DNA from: Chloroflexota bacterium
GTDB taxonomy: Bacteria; Chloroflexota; UBA11872
Direction: 5' to 3'
Length of the DNA: 64,000 nucleotides
Assembly (NCBI GenBank): GCA_034422315.1
Contig: DAOUJT010000176.1
Location: 3,075 to 67,074 of the forward strand
Of the stretch, positions 28,378-36,447 are shown piece after piece. Both the position numbers and the translations under genes were made by a program. The first letter of the stretch is position 1; each line of letters starts with the position of its first letter. Below the pieces are notes generated by a model. The model did not search any database. It was given only the letters and a program-made list of their open reading frames with translations, and was not told where the DNA came from.

Positions 28378-29403
28378 ATGAGCGAACGATTGGATGTCGC
28401 GTACTACTACCCTGCGCCCTATTGGGGCATGGGCGAAGGCGGCTGGGTGAAGTCGCTGCTCCTGTTCTTCGATAAAGTGTCCATCCTGCTGCCGGACTAT
28501 ATGTACGGGCGGCACCGTATCGCCGACCCCGTGTTGGCCGAGCCGCTTGAAGACCAGGGTTTGCTGGAAGTGCTCGAACCTAAGACGTGGATAGACCAAG
28601 AGATGGCGAAGAGGCTGGCAGAGGCCGTCAGTGGCCTGCTTGCCAACGGCGTATTCGACGATCTTCCCAAAGCGGACCGTTTCCACGAACTGTCACAGTC
28701 CCGCATAGGCTACAGGGCCGACGTTGAACTCGCGGGGTCGTTGGTATCGGAACTCCGGAGGAAAGGGCTTGCTAAACCTAGTGAGGATGGCGTCTCGATT
28801 CCGCTGCACCCGACTGTACGCACGACCATCCTCGTCATCCTCGCTCAGCTTGCGCGTTCAGCAGGCAACAGGCAAAACATGTCCGTCCACCCGGCAACTC
28901 ATGACAGGCGTGCCTTTCAGGACCTGATCGATACGCTTTCGAGAGAGCGAATGCCATCGCGTGACCGGGTCATCGCCTTCGACCTCGAACCCGTCAGCTT
29001 CGATTTGGATTTGGTGCCTCTTGACGAACTCCTCCAGTTCCGAACCGAGAATCAGGTTGCACACCGAGCGTATATGCGCGACCTGCGAGGGTTCATGGCT
29101 GAGCTTGCCGAGATAGACCTTGCCGAAGACCGAGAGTCCCTTCTCCTACAGCGACGCCAGGAAATCTCCGACGCTGCTCACGAGCTCCAACGCTCTACTC
29201 GCAGAGCGTTCGGGAGGAACCTCCCCTCATGGTCTTGCGGGCTTGCTGGAAGCGCTTGGTCGGTCGCCATGGGCGACATATTCGGCGCAGTGCTCTCAAT
29301 ATTGGGGCTAGTCTCAGGCATAGGCAGCTCTGTAGGCGGCAACTTGAACCAAGTCACTGCCTACTCATATCTGTTTCAAGTGGAACGCAGCTTTGCGCGG
29401 TGA
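28378..29403 (+). CDS. Uncharacterised protein with a C-terminal glycine-zipper/hydrophobic tail
   Basis: 341 aa. N-terminus 'VAYYYPAPYWGMGEGGWVKSLLLFFDKVSILLPD' (I vaguely associate this with a DUF family but cannot confirm). C-terminus 'GLAGSAWSVAMGDIFGAVLSILGLVSGIGSSVGG'. It starts 25 nt after the protease stop. Confidence 0.55.
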   Translation: MSERLDVAYYYPAPYWGMGEGGWVKSLLLFFDKVSILLPDYMYGRHRIADPVLAEPLEDQGLLEVLEPKTWIDQEMAKRLAEAVSGLLANGVFDDLPKADRFHELSQSRIGYRADVELAGSLVSELRRKGLAKPSEDGVSIPLHPTVRTTILVILAQLARSAGNRQNMSVHPATHDRRAFQDLIDTLSRERMPSRDRVIAFDLEPVSFDLDLVPLDELLQFRTENQVAHRAYMRDLRGFMAELAEIDLAEDRESLLLQRRQEISDAAHELQRSTRRAFGRNLPSWSCGLAGSAWSVAMGDIFGAVLSILGLVSGIGSSVGGNLNQVTAYSYLFQVERSFAR

Positions 29404-29585
29404 ATGCACGCAGTTCACGTCTGCTTAAGTAGGCGTTCATTTGCGGTTACGCCTTCGGCTTGCGTCGAAACAGTCGGTAGGGGCAGCGAGTCGGTATCAT
29501 TAATGCCCCCCGGCGCAGAGGTCAAGGCTCCCTAAACACCAGTAGGGGCACACCCAACTTCAACGAAGCAGCATGGATTGGGCGC

Positions 29586-30953
29586 TTGGCTGCCGCCTTG
29601 GAACAAGTGGCGGTAGAGGCGGAACCGTCTTACTCCCCGCTTCCACCTATGAAGCTCGGAATCAGGCCAATCGGCGAGTATCGGTCTGCCATTAATCGTG
29701 GATACCGCGACCTCGTAGCTCGGGCAAAATACGATCCAGCGGCCGCCAAACAGTTTGAGGAGTCGCACCTGTGGATCAGAGCGTATCCCGCCGAGGCGAT
29801 TGCCATCCTTCGGGAGCATCCCCTCATGAAGCCAGGGCTGGAAGGCGCAGGTGAGAACGAAGGGATCCGACTTAGAATCCTTAACAGAATGCATCGCCCA
29901 GATCTGAAGTGGCTTGTGTCCTGTCTTGCAAAACTTACGGTCATAGAAGGAGGCGAAGAGGCTGCTCGACGTTTGCACCGCTACCTGACCGCTGGTGCGA
30001 ATGGGACCATCCCTGCCTGCGAGATTACAGTCATTCACGGATTGGTGGTGAAGACGCGTTTCAACCTAGACGCGGGAGCGTACATAGTCCCCTACGAGGA
30101 CGCTAGAGCGGAGTTCGGTCTGCCCGACGAACCTGAGCCTTTCCCGAAGACGAGTCTCCCAGATGCGGCTGTGCTCGTTCGCACTCTTGAATACGGGCCT
30201 GGAGTCGGGCAGCCCGACGCCCTTGCCCACCCGCATGATTTGCGGGTGACCTACCGATTTCCAGCCAATTATCAGGTCGATCTTCAGGGTTGGTGGGATG
30301 ACAGCAAGCTGCTCATCGACCTGCTCTCAATCGCCAAGCGGGTTCCGCTATTTTCGCGCACGCGCTATGTCCGCCTAGCCAGATGGATCGAGGAGATGGA
30401 CCCCAACTTGGCTTTCGGCACTCAAGAGTCTGAAGGATATGTCTCCGACATGTGGCCGCAAGGCCGAGACATCTCCAAGGACGACGTAGACGCCTTCATA
30501 GAGCTCGCCCGAGGCTGGCGTACGTATCCAGATAAATCGGACGCGCTGAACCTTGCGATTCGTCGGCTGGCTGGTTCGTTCTCTCGCCCGGGCGGACGAT
30601 TCGGACAAGAAGACCGCATTTTAGACGTTGCGATTGCGCTGGAGGTGCTATACGGAGGCAAGACCGGCCTCAAACTTGCCCAGCGCGCCGCAGCGCTGCT
30701 TGGGACAAACGCCAAGGATCAGAAGCGGGCATACGACCAAGCAAAGGGCTTCTATGACGTGCGGTCAGGGATCGTACACTGGAAGAGTTCACCTCCCCCA
30801 GACGTTCTCGACCAGAAGCTTGAGATTGGACACGACATGGCCTGCCACACTCTCACTAGTTTGCTCAACCGCAACACGCGACTACTGTGGGCCGACGTGA
30901 TGAAAGGCTTGCTTTCTGAGACTCAAGCGTATATCGCGGCGTCGAGGCGCTAG
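29586..30953 (+). CDS. HEPN-domain protein (Rx4H), ApeA-like architecture
   Basis: C-terminal 'EDRILDVAIALEVLYG...KGFYDVRSGIVHW' carries the R-x4-H motif, with about 330 aa of unknown N-terminal domain. The start is uncertain (TTG 29586 or ATG 29648). Confidence 0.6.
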   Translation: MAAALEQVAVEAEPSYSPLPPMKLGIRPIGEYRSAINRGYRDLVARAKYDPAAAKQFEESHLWIRAYPAEAIAILREHPLMKPGLEGAGENEGIRLRILNRMHRPDLKWLVSCLAKLTVIEGGEEAARRLHRYLTAGANGTIPACEITVIHGLVVKTRFNLDAGAYIVPYEDARAEFGLPDEPEPFPKTSLPDAAVLVRTLEYGPGVGQPDALAHPHDLRVTYRFPANYQVDLQGWWDDSKLLIDLLSIAKRVPLFSRTRYVRLARWIEEMDPNLAFGTQESEGYVSDMWPQGRDISKDDVDAFIELARGWRTYPDKSDALNLAIRRLAGSFSRPGGRFGQEDRILDVAIALEVLYGGKTGLKLAQRAAALLGTNAKDQKRAYDQAKGFYDVRSGIVHWKSSPPPDVLDQKLEIGHDMACHTLTSLLNRNTRLLWADVMKGLLSETQAYIAASRR

Positions 30954-31446
30954 GACCAAGTTATGCTTGGCGTAACGGTCTGTCATTTCTAAAAAGGGAC
31001 GGCCTCGACAGCCCGCCAACCTCCCGATGCTACCTGACGCCATTCCGCTAAATGTTTTGGTGGTGGCACATTCCGTTGCACCGGGCAGGTTAGATCGATA
31101 CCTCTCAGCAAAAAGTTCGCAATTCGGTACGCCTTGGCCCCACCAGACCTGATAGAATCAGAAACTTCCACCCTAAGGTTCGCGCTAGGTCTATAGCTGA
31201 AAGAACCGAGGCCGACACCCGAAGGCTGAAGAGCCACGCCCGCCGGAGGTGCACACTGGCGTACAATGTCCCGTCCGTCAAGGATATACGGTCACGACCG
31301 ACTTCGCATCCCGCGATTACGCGCCGGGATAGATCGAATGGCTCGGCGCGGGATCGTCCACGTTCCCAGCAGCACAGACTGATGGACGAGACCAGAAAAA
31401 CAGGCACGAAAGACAAGAACGTCGTTGCCAACTGAGGTAATTCTTC

Positions 31447-32706
31447 ATGCAAATTCTCCAGAAACCGCCGGTGAGTCCCGATAACGCCAAGGATGTATGG
31501 ATTCTGGGAGCCGGATTCTCGAAGCATATTTGGAACCACATGCCCCTGATGTCAGAATTGGCAGAGAGCGTAAACGATATCATCGCCGGCCGATTCACTA
31601 ACGCCCTTGTGCTGAACAATGTCGAGCTCGCACTTTCAGAACTCCGGAGCGACGCTCCATGGAAATCTGCCATCGACAAACACCAGGATATGGTGCTTTA
31701 CGAGCAGATATTGGAAAGGCTACAAAACGCATTGCAGATTCCCTATGGCACATTTGATTCTGATAAGGACAACGTCGCCCTAGGAAAACGCCTGGTGAAC
31801 ACCTGGCATATCAATGGGAATCACGTAATAACCATCAATTACGATCTATTGGTTGAAGGCTTGTTAGATTCCGTGCGCTGCGCACACTTCCGCGAGGAAA
31901 GAAAAGAGGACGTCTACTATCTCCTCAACAGAAACATCTACCCGATACCGATCCCCCATGTGGGGACGCGAAACAGCAGGTCACAGCGAGGCAATGAACC
32001 CATAAGCACGTTTTCCTACTACAAATTGCATGGTTCTTTGAACTACTACACACCCAGAATTCCCTTCCAAAATACAGCGATGTATCACAGGAATCACAAT
32101 GAGGTGGAGGGCGCGGCAGAAGGCCTGCAAACGTTCATCGTTCCGCCGACGTACGACAAGCAGACGTTTATTGAGCATCCTGTGCTTCACGCCATATGGG
32201 CCAAGGCGGCCAATCAACTGGCAAATACCAATCTGGGGAGAATCATCTTCGTCGGCTATTCCATGCCCCAAACAGACCTCACCATGATGAGTATGCTTCG
32301 CTCCACCATAAGATCAAGTCACCACGAGGGCAGTGGGTTGCCAGACATCATTATTGCTAACCCTGATCCTGACGCAGCGAGTAGATATAAGCAACTACTC
32401 GGCTTGCCAAACCCTATAGGGAAAGCAAGCGACGTGAGCGCCGTCTTGGAGCAATATGCGCCGAGAGACTTCGTGCGAACCCATGTATGGGGCAATGAGC
32501 ATTTGGAGGATAGGCAGGCGAAGCATCAGATGTATTTAGAACATGGCGAGGAATTGACTGAGGGCTACTTGCATCGAGCCCGACAGTTTAGTGAGGAACT
32601 GGGGCAAAAGGGCCGCCAGGGATCGGGATGGTTCTTGTCAGTAGACGAATTCCGGGAATGGTGGGTAACTACGCATCAAGATATTCCTATCGACGAATGG
32701 TTGTAA
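31447..32706 (+). CDS. Stand-alone SIR2-like (SIR2_2-type) protein
   Basis: 'VWILGAGFS', 'VITINYDLLVE', 'YYKLHGSLNY', 'IIFVGYSMPQTD'. The ~130-aa C-terminal region is unrecognised. The gene is lower in GC than its surroundings. Confidence 0.7.
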   Translation: MQILQKPPVSPDNAKDVWILGAGFSKHIWNHMPLMSELAESVNDIIAGRFTNALVLNNVELALSELRSDAPWKSAIDKHQDMVLYEQILERLQNALQIPYGTFDSDKDNVALGKRLVNTWHINGNHVITINYDLLVEGLLDSVRCAHFREERKEDVYYLLNRNIYPIPIPHVGTRNSRSQRGNEPISTFSYYKLHGSLNYYTPRIPFQNTAMYHRNHNEVEGAAEGLQTFIVPPTYDKQTFIEHPVLHAIWAKAANQLANTNLGRIIFVGYSMPQTDLTMMSMLRSTIRSSHHEGSGLPDIIIANPDPDAASRYKQLLGLPNPIGKASDVSAVLEQYAPRDFVRTHVWGNEHLEDRQAKHQMYLEHGEELTEGYLHRARQFSEELGQKGRQGSGWFLSVDEFREWWVTTHQDIPIDEWL

Positions 32707-32732
32707 TGTCCATCTTGTATCACCCCGTATTG

Positions 32733-32768
32733 CGGAGGTCGTGGATTCGAATCCTATTCGCTCCGCCA
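32733..32768 (+). other. Degenerate tRNA 3'-end fragment (T-arm + acceptor + CCA); putative integration scar
   Basis: 'cggaggtcGTGGATTCGAATCCTATtcgctccgCCA' has a T-loop TTCGAAT and a 3' CCA, but T-stem mismatches and no 5' half within 100 nt upstream (the SIR2 coding sequence lies there). Confidence 0.55.
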
Positions 32769-33005
32769 ATCTCAACAGCGCTATCGTGGGCTGCGCGCTG
32801 AGCCGTAGTCCTTTGTCCTTCCAGCACCCTATGGCGTAAGGATCGGTTCCGAGGCGGCGGTTCATCTCCGCTCAGGGCAGACCGGGCGCCTCCGTTAAGC
32901 GCACGATCCGCTGTGGGAAATTTTGGGAAGGCGTACGTTCTTCTCGTGATGATGCGTCCGCTGTCGAGGCTTAGACACGCCCACGTCCGGAAGGCATCAG
33001 CGGCG

Positions 33006-35786
33006 TCAGGACGTATCGACCGACACCTGTCCTTGCAGCCCGAGATCGGTGAGCGCTTGCCGCAACTCCAACTGAAAGCCTTGGGCCAAGCCCGCATCGA
33101 CACTCACCGAGAACTCGACGCCCACGCTCAGGTCGTCCCCGGAACGCAGCTTCGGCAGGATTCGCGTGCCAAGCCGGTTCCACACCTCCGGCGGGACGGT
33201 TCCCCTGAGCCTCAGCGTCGCCTTCTGACCTGTCTCTATGGGAAGCACGACTTGGGTTTCGCCAGAATCCGGCACGTCAACCGGAGGGGTATCAGTGCTC
33301 GGGCTTGTTTGGTCTTCCGGCTGCACCGGCTTCGTGTCATCGGCTGTGGCGCAGAGTCGCTCTGCCTTGGCTTTGGTCAGCAGATAGACCCCGGACTCGA
33401 AGGCCACCTCGTCCTGACCTACCGGCTCTTTGAACCACACTCGTTCGTACTGACCGTTGCCCTTCTCTCCAGATGCCAACCCGAAGTCTCCGGCGGTTAC
33501 GAATTCGACGACTTTCCGCTGGAGGACCGCATCTGGGTCCATTAGTCGAGTCAACGATCCGTCCAAGAAGCTCTGACGTAGGCTGTTCAGCGGCCAAGCG
33601 CCCGTGTCCGCGAACGCAGGCGGCCAATGCCGGTCGATGTATCCCACGCCAACGGACTCGTTGAGCAGCGCACCCGATTTCAACGCGGCGATCACCCGAC
33701 CGCATAACGTCTCGTTGCCGCTCGAATGGCCTGCGCCGAGGTCGATCACCTTCAAGCCCTCCAGCGCTTGCCTGTCTCCCAACGCCGCAAAGCGGTACCC
33801 GGCCCACACCTCGTCCCTCGCCGCCTCCTCCGCATCCCTGACGCTGGTCTGCACCTCGGCTCGGTCAGCCCGGTCGAACTCAGCCCCCAGGATGCCCTGC
33901 GACACCTCCTGGGCCACCCGACGCCACGCGAGCCACAGCTCCACGCTCTCTCTCAGCTCGCGACCAGGCTTCCTGACGCACCAGACCAATGCTCCGGGAT
34001 AGAGCCTTGGGGAATCTCCTCGCTCCCTGGTCCATCGAACCACGCGTTCCGCAAGCTGACCGCTCCCCCGCCACTCCTCCGCGGGATCGAGGACGACCAT
34101 CGTCAACCGTGGCGAGTCCTGCACCGCATCGCCGTTCTCCGGGAAGTAAACCACCGGAACCGGTGCGCCCCGGGCGAACTCCTCCTGCACAACCCTGCGA
34201 ACTGCGGGCCTGATCTCTGTGTCCTCGTCAAGGGAGGCGCGCCGATCGCTGACGACCTTTCGCAGCGTCGCCTGATGGTGGATGCGGTAGCCGTCCGTGC
34301 CGACCCTCCGCAGGAAGAATGCGGACTGCTCCAAAGCCGTGGCCGCGTTGTCGATAGTGGTCGTCTCCACCTCCGGCTCGCCGAGGGCGAATCGCAACTC
34401 CGGCAGGTGGGCCACCTTGTCCACCTGTCCGCCGGACGACTCGAACAGGATGGCCGCGCCGACCCTGCGATGGATGCCGCGCAGCGCCTTCTTGGTGTCC
34501 GCGTCCAGGGTCCTGGCGTGGGACGTATCCCCAGCGACGTCCGCTTCGATGGCGGCGTCGAGCCGCTGCTCCCCCAACTGGCCGAGGACCACGGCCCGAA
34601 ACTCCGGCACGTGCAACGGGGCGGAGCCCAGGGTGATCAGCGGTTCATTCCGCGCTAGCCGGAACTGCTCGCGCGACGCCCAGGAAATCCATTGGGCGAG
34701 CATCGCTAGCGCGCCGCGCGTCTGCTGGAATTGCGCCAGCGCCCGCCACTTCCGCTGGAAAACGGAAAGCGTCGCCGGGTGGAACGGATAGCACGCCTCG
34801 AACCGGCGCCGCAGGAAGTCATGCGCCTTAGAGCCGGTGACGGCACTGTCCACGGCCGTCCACTCCGGGGGAAGACGCGCGCTTCGCTCGAAGCACCAGT
34901 CCGCGTGTATTCCTGCGATCCGTTGACGCACGCGTTTGCCGCCGAGGTCCTCAAACAGCCTTCGGCGCACCACCTCGCTGATTTCGGACTCGTCGTTCGC
35001 AATCAGGTCGCGGGCGACGCGGCGTACGATCTTGGTGATGCGGTCCTGCCACTCCTGGTCCCACGCGGTCATCTCGATCTGGCTGCGGGGCAGGCTGATC
35101 ACCGCCGCCGCATGGATCGCGCCCGTGACGGCAACGGTCAGATTCTGGAGGAAGGCGTGGAAGGGATCGGCCATGCCTCGGTGTCGGTTGACGAAGTTCA
35201 ACACCTCGTCGAACAGCAGCAACACCGGCGCGTTCGCCGCGGCGAACACCCTGGCCAGCGCCTCGGTTCCGGGCGGCGTCGTCTCGGCGGCGCTGCCTAG
35301 GGCGGAAACGCCGGCGTCTCCGGCCAGCTGCCGGGCCAGATCGATCCAGGGCGTCTCCCGTCCCGGTGCCGGGTCCCAGGCGTTGCCGACGAAGACGCCC
35401 ACGCGGGCGGCGGGAGCTTCAGGAACATTCACATCTTTCAGCAGGTCGCCCACGCCCGGAAGTGCGTCGGCATCCCGGCCGGCGTTGGCGAGGTGGTAGA
35501 GGGACGCGAGCGTGTGCGTCTTGCCGCCGCCGAACTGCGTGATCAGCGTCAGGACCGGCGCGGTGTTCTCCGTTCGGCCGGACAACCTCCGCAGGACCAT
35601 GCCGGAGTGCTCCGTCAGCGCGCGGGTGAAGCAGGTGCGCGAGAAGAACTGTGCCGGATCGCTGTAGTCCGGGGGCGCCGTTCCCGCCACGACCTGCTCC
35701 AGGGCAATAGCGAACTCGTCTGGGCTGAAGGACCGGCCCTCCCGGACCTCCTCGCGTAGCGTTACGACCTTGTACCAGGGTTGCAT
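33006..35786 (-). CDS. DUF499-like P-loop ATPase (ATPase component of a helicase-methylase-ATPase system)
   Basis: N-terminus 'MQPWYKVVTLREEV...FAIALEQVV', Walker A 'QFGGGKTHTL', Walker B 'VLLLFDEVLNF', and 'CYPFHPATLSVFQRKW'. 926 aa. Confidence 0.7.
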   Translation of the reverse strand: MQPWYKVVTLREEVREGRSFSPDEFAIALEQVVAGTAPPDYSDPAQFFSRTCFTRALTEHSGMVLRRLSGRTENTAPVLTLITQFGGGKTHTLASLYHLANAGRDADALPGVGDLLKDVNVPEAPAARVGVFVGNAWDPAPGRETPWIDLARQLAGDAGVSALGSAAETTPPGTEALARVFAAANAPVLLLFDEVLNFVNRHRGMADPFHAFLQNLTVAVTGAIHAAAVISLPRSQIEMTAWDQEWQDRITKIVRRVARDLIANDESEISEVVRRRLFEDLGGKRVRQRIAGIHADWCFERSARLPPEWTAVDSAVTGSKAHDFLRRRFEACYPFHPATLSVFQRKWRALAQFQQTRGALAMLAQWISWASREQFRLARNEPLITLGSAPLHVPEFRAVVLGQLGEQRLDAAIEADVAGDTSHARTLDADTKKALRGIHRRVGAAILFESSGGQVDKVAHLPELRFALGEPEVETTTIDNAATALEQSAFFLRRVGTDGYRIHHQATLRKVVSDRRASLDEDTEIRPAVRRVVQEEFARGAPVPVVYFPENGDAVQDSPRLTMVVLDPAEEWRGSGQLAERVVRWTRERGDSPRLYPGALVWCVRKPGRELRESVELWLAWRRVAQEVSQGILGAEFDRADRAEVQTSVRDAEEAARDEVWAGYRFAALGDRQALEGLKVIDLGAGHSSGNETLCGRVIAALKSGALLNESVGVGYIDRHWPPAFADTGAWPLNSLRQSFLDGSLTRLMDPDAVLQRKVVEFVTAGDFGLASGEKGNGQYERVWFKEPVGQDEVAFESGVYLLTKAKAERLCATADDTKPVQPEDQTSPSTDTPPVDVPDSGETQVVLPIETGQKATLRLRGTVPPEVWNRLGTRILPKLRSGDDLSVGVEFSVSVDAGLAQGFQLELRQALTDLGLQGQVSVDTS

Positions 35787-35811
35787 CGGGAAGACTCCAA
35801 ACTGCTGATGC

Positions 35812-36168
35812 TCAGAATTTCGGTGGATGCGATATCCGGATTCGCCCGCCGCGTACGGTTAGGACAGCCCGCTCCTCCAGCGCCTTACCGTGATCCTCGA
35901 TTACCGCTCGAACGGTTTCGATTCGCTGTGACACGCGAACATCGGGCAGGCGAATCAGTCCTGCATGAGAAACCCGCTGCAGGTAGATGAGTTCGCCGAA
36001 GTCCTTGTCCAGCGTGACGAGAACCCGGTTCTCCGCTCCCGCTCGTTCCAGCAAAGCCCTGTCGCCTGGATCCGGGCCAAGTGTCTGTGCTTCAACAACG
36101 TCGTGTCCGTTGTCACGCAACCACTCCGCCAACCGTCGCCCAGCGCATCGGTCGGTGAGGAATCTCAC
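35812..36168 (-). CDS. DUF5615/Mut7-C-like PIN-fold putative toxin
   Basis: 'MRFLTDRCAGRRLAEWLRDNGHDVV...LVTLDKDFGELIY'. GTG start overlaps the upstream stop (GTGA). Confidence 0.6.
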   Translation of the reverse strand: MRFLTDRCAGRRLAEWLRDNGHDVVEAQTLGPDPGDRALLERAGAENRVLVTLDKDFGELIYLQRVSHAGLIRLPDVRVSQRIETVRAVIEDHGKALEERAVLTVRGGRIRISHPPKF

Positions 36169-36416
36169 CGTGCCGCGACGGAAACCGGCGCCAGCGTGTC
36201 GCCCGATATCACGGTGTGGGCGTAGGCGATACAGGCGCGGATGTCCTCCGGTTCCAGTTCGGGGTAGTCATCCAGGAGTTCATCCTGGGTGGCGCCCTGG
36301 CTCAGCAGGCTCAACACAAGCTCGACCGAAATCCGCATGTCTCGGATGATCGGCTTTCCGCCAAAGACATCAGGCCGCGCGGTGATGCGGTTGAGGAGTT
36401 TATGGTTCGTCGTCAT
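36165..36416 (-). CDS. DUF433-like putative antitoxin
   Basis: 'ITARPDVFGGKPIIRDMRISVELVLSLLSQGATQDELLDDYPELEPEDIRACIAYA'. Internal ATG of track ORF 36165..36476. Confidence 0.65.
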   Translation of the reverse strand: MTTNHKLLNRITARPDVFGGKPIIRDMRISVELVLSLLSQGATQDELLDDYPELEPEDIRACIAYAHTVISGDTLAPVSVAAR

Positions 36417-36447
36417 CACTTCCCTCCGTAGTTCGTGGATTCGTCGA

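Noticed and set aside
30989-31679. Minus-strand ORFs 30989..31237, 31105..31539 and 31317..31679
   Set aside because: They overlap each other and the well-supported SIR2 gene start. They have no RBS or motifs and are probably spurious.
31447-32706. Possible Thoeris ThsA
   Set aside because: I saw no SLOG-like C-terminal domain and no TIR (ThsB) gene anywhere nearby. I keep it as a stand-alone SIR2 of unknown type.
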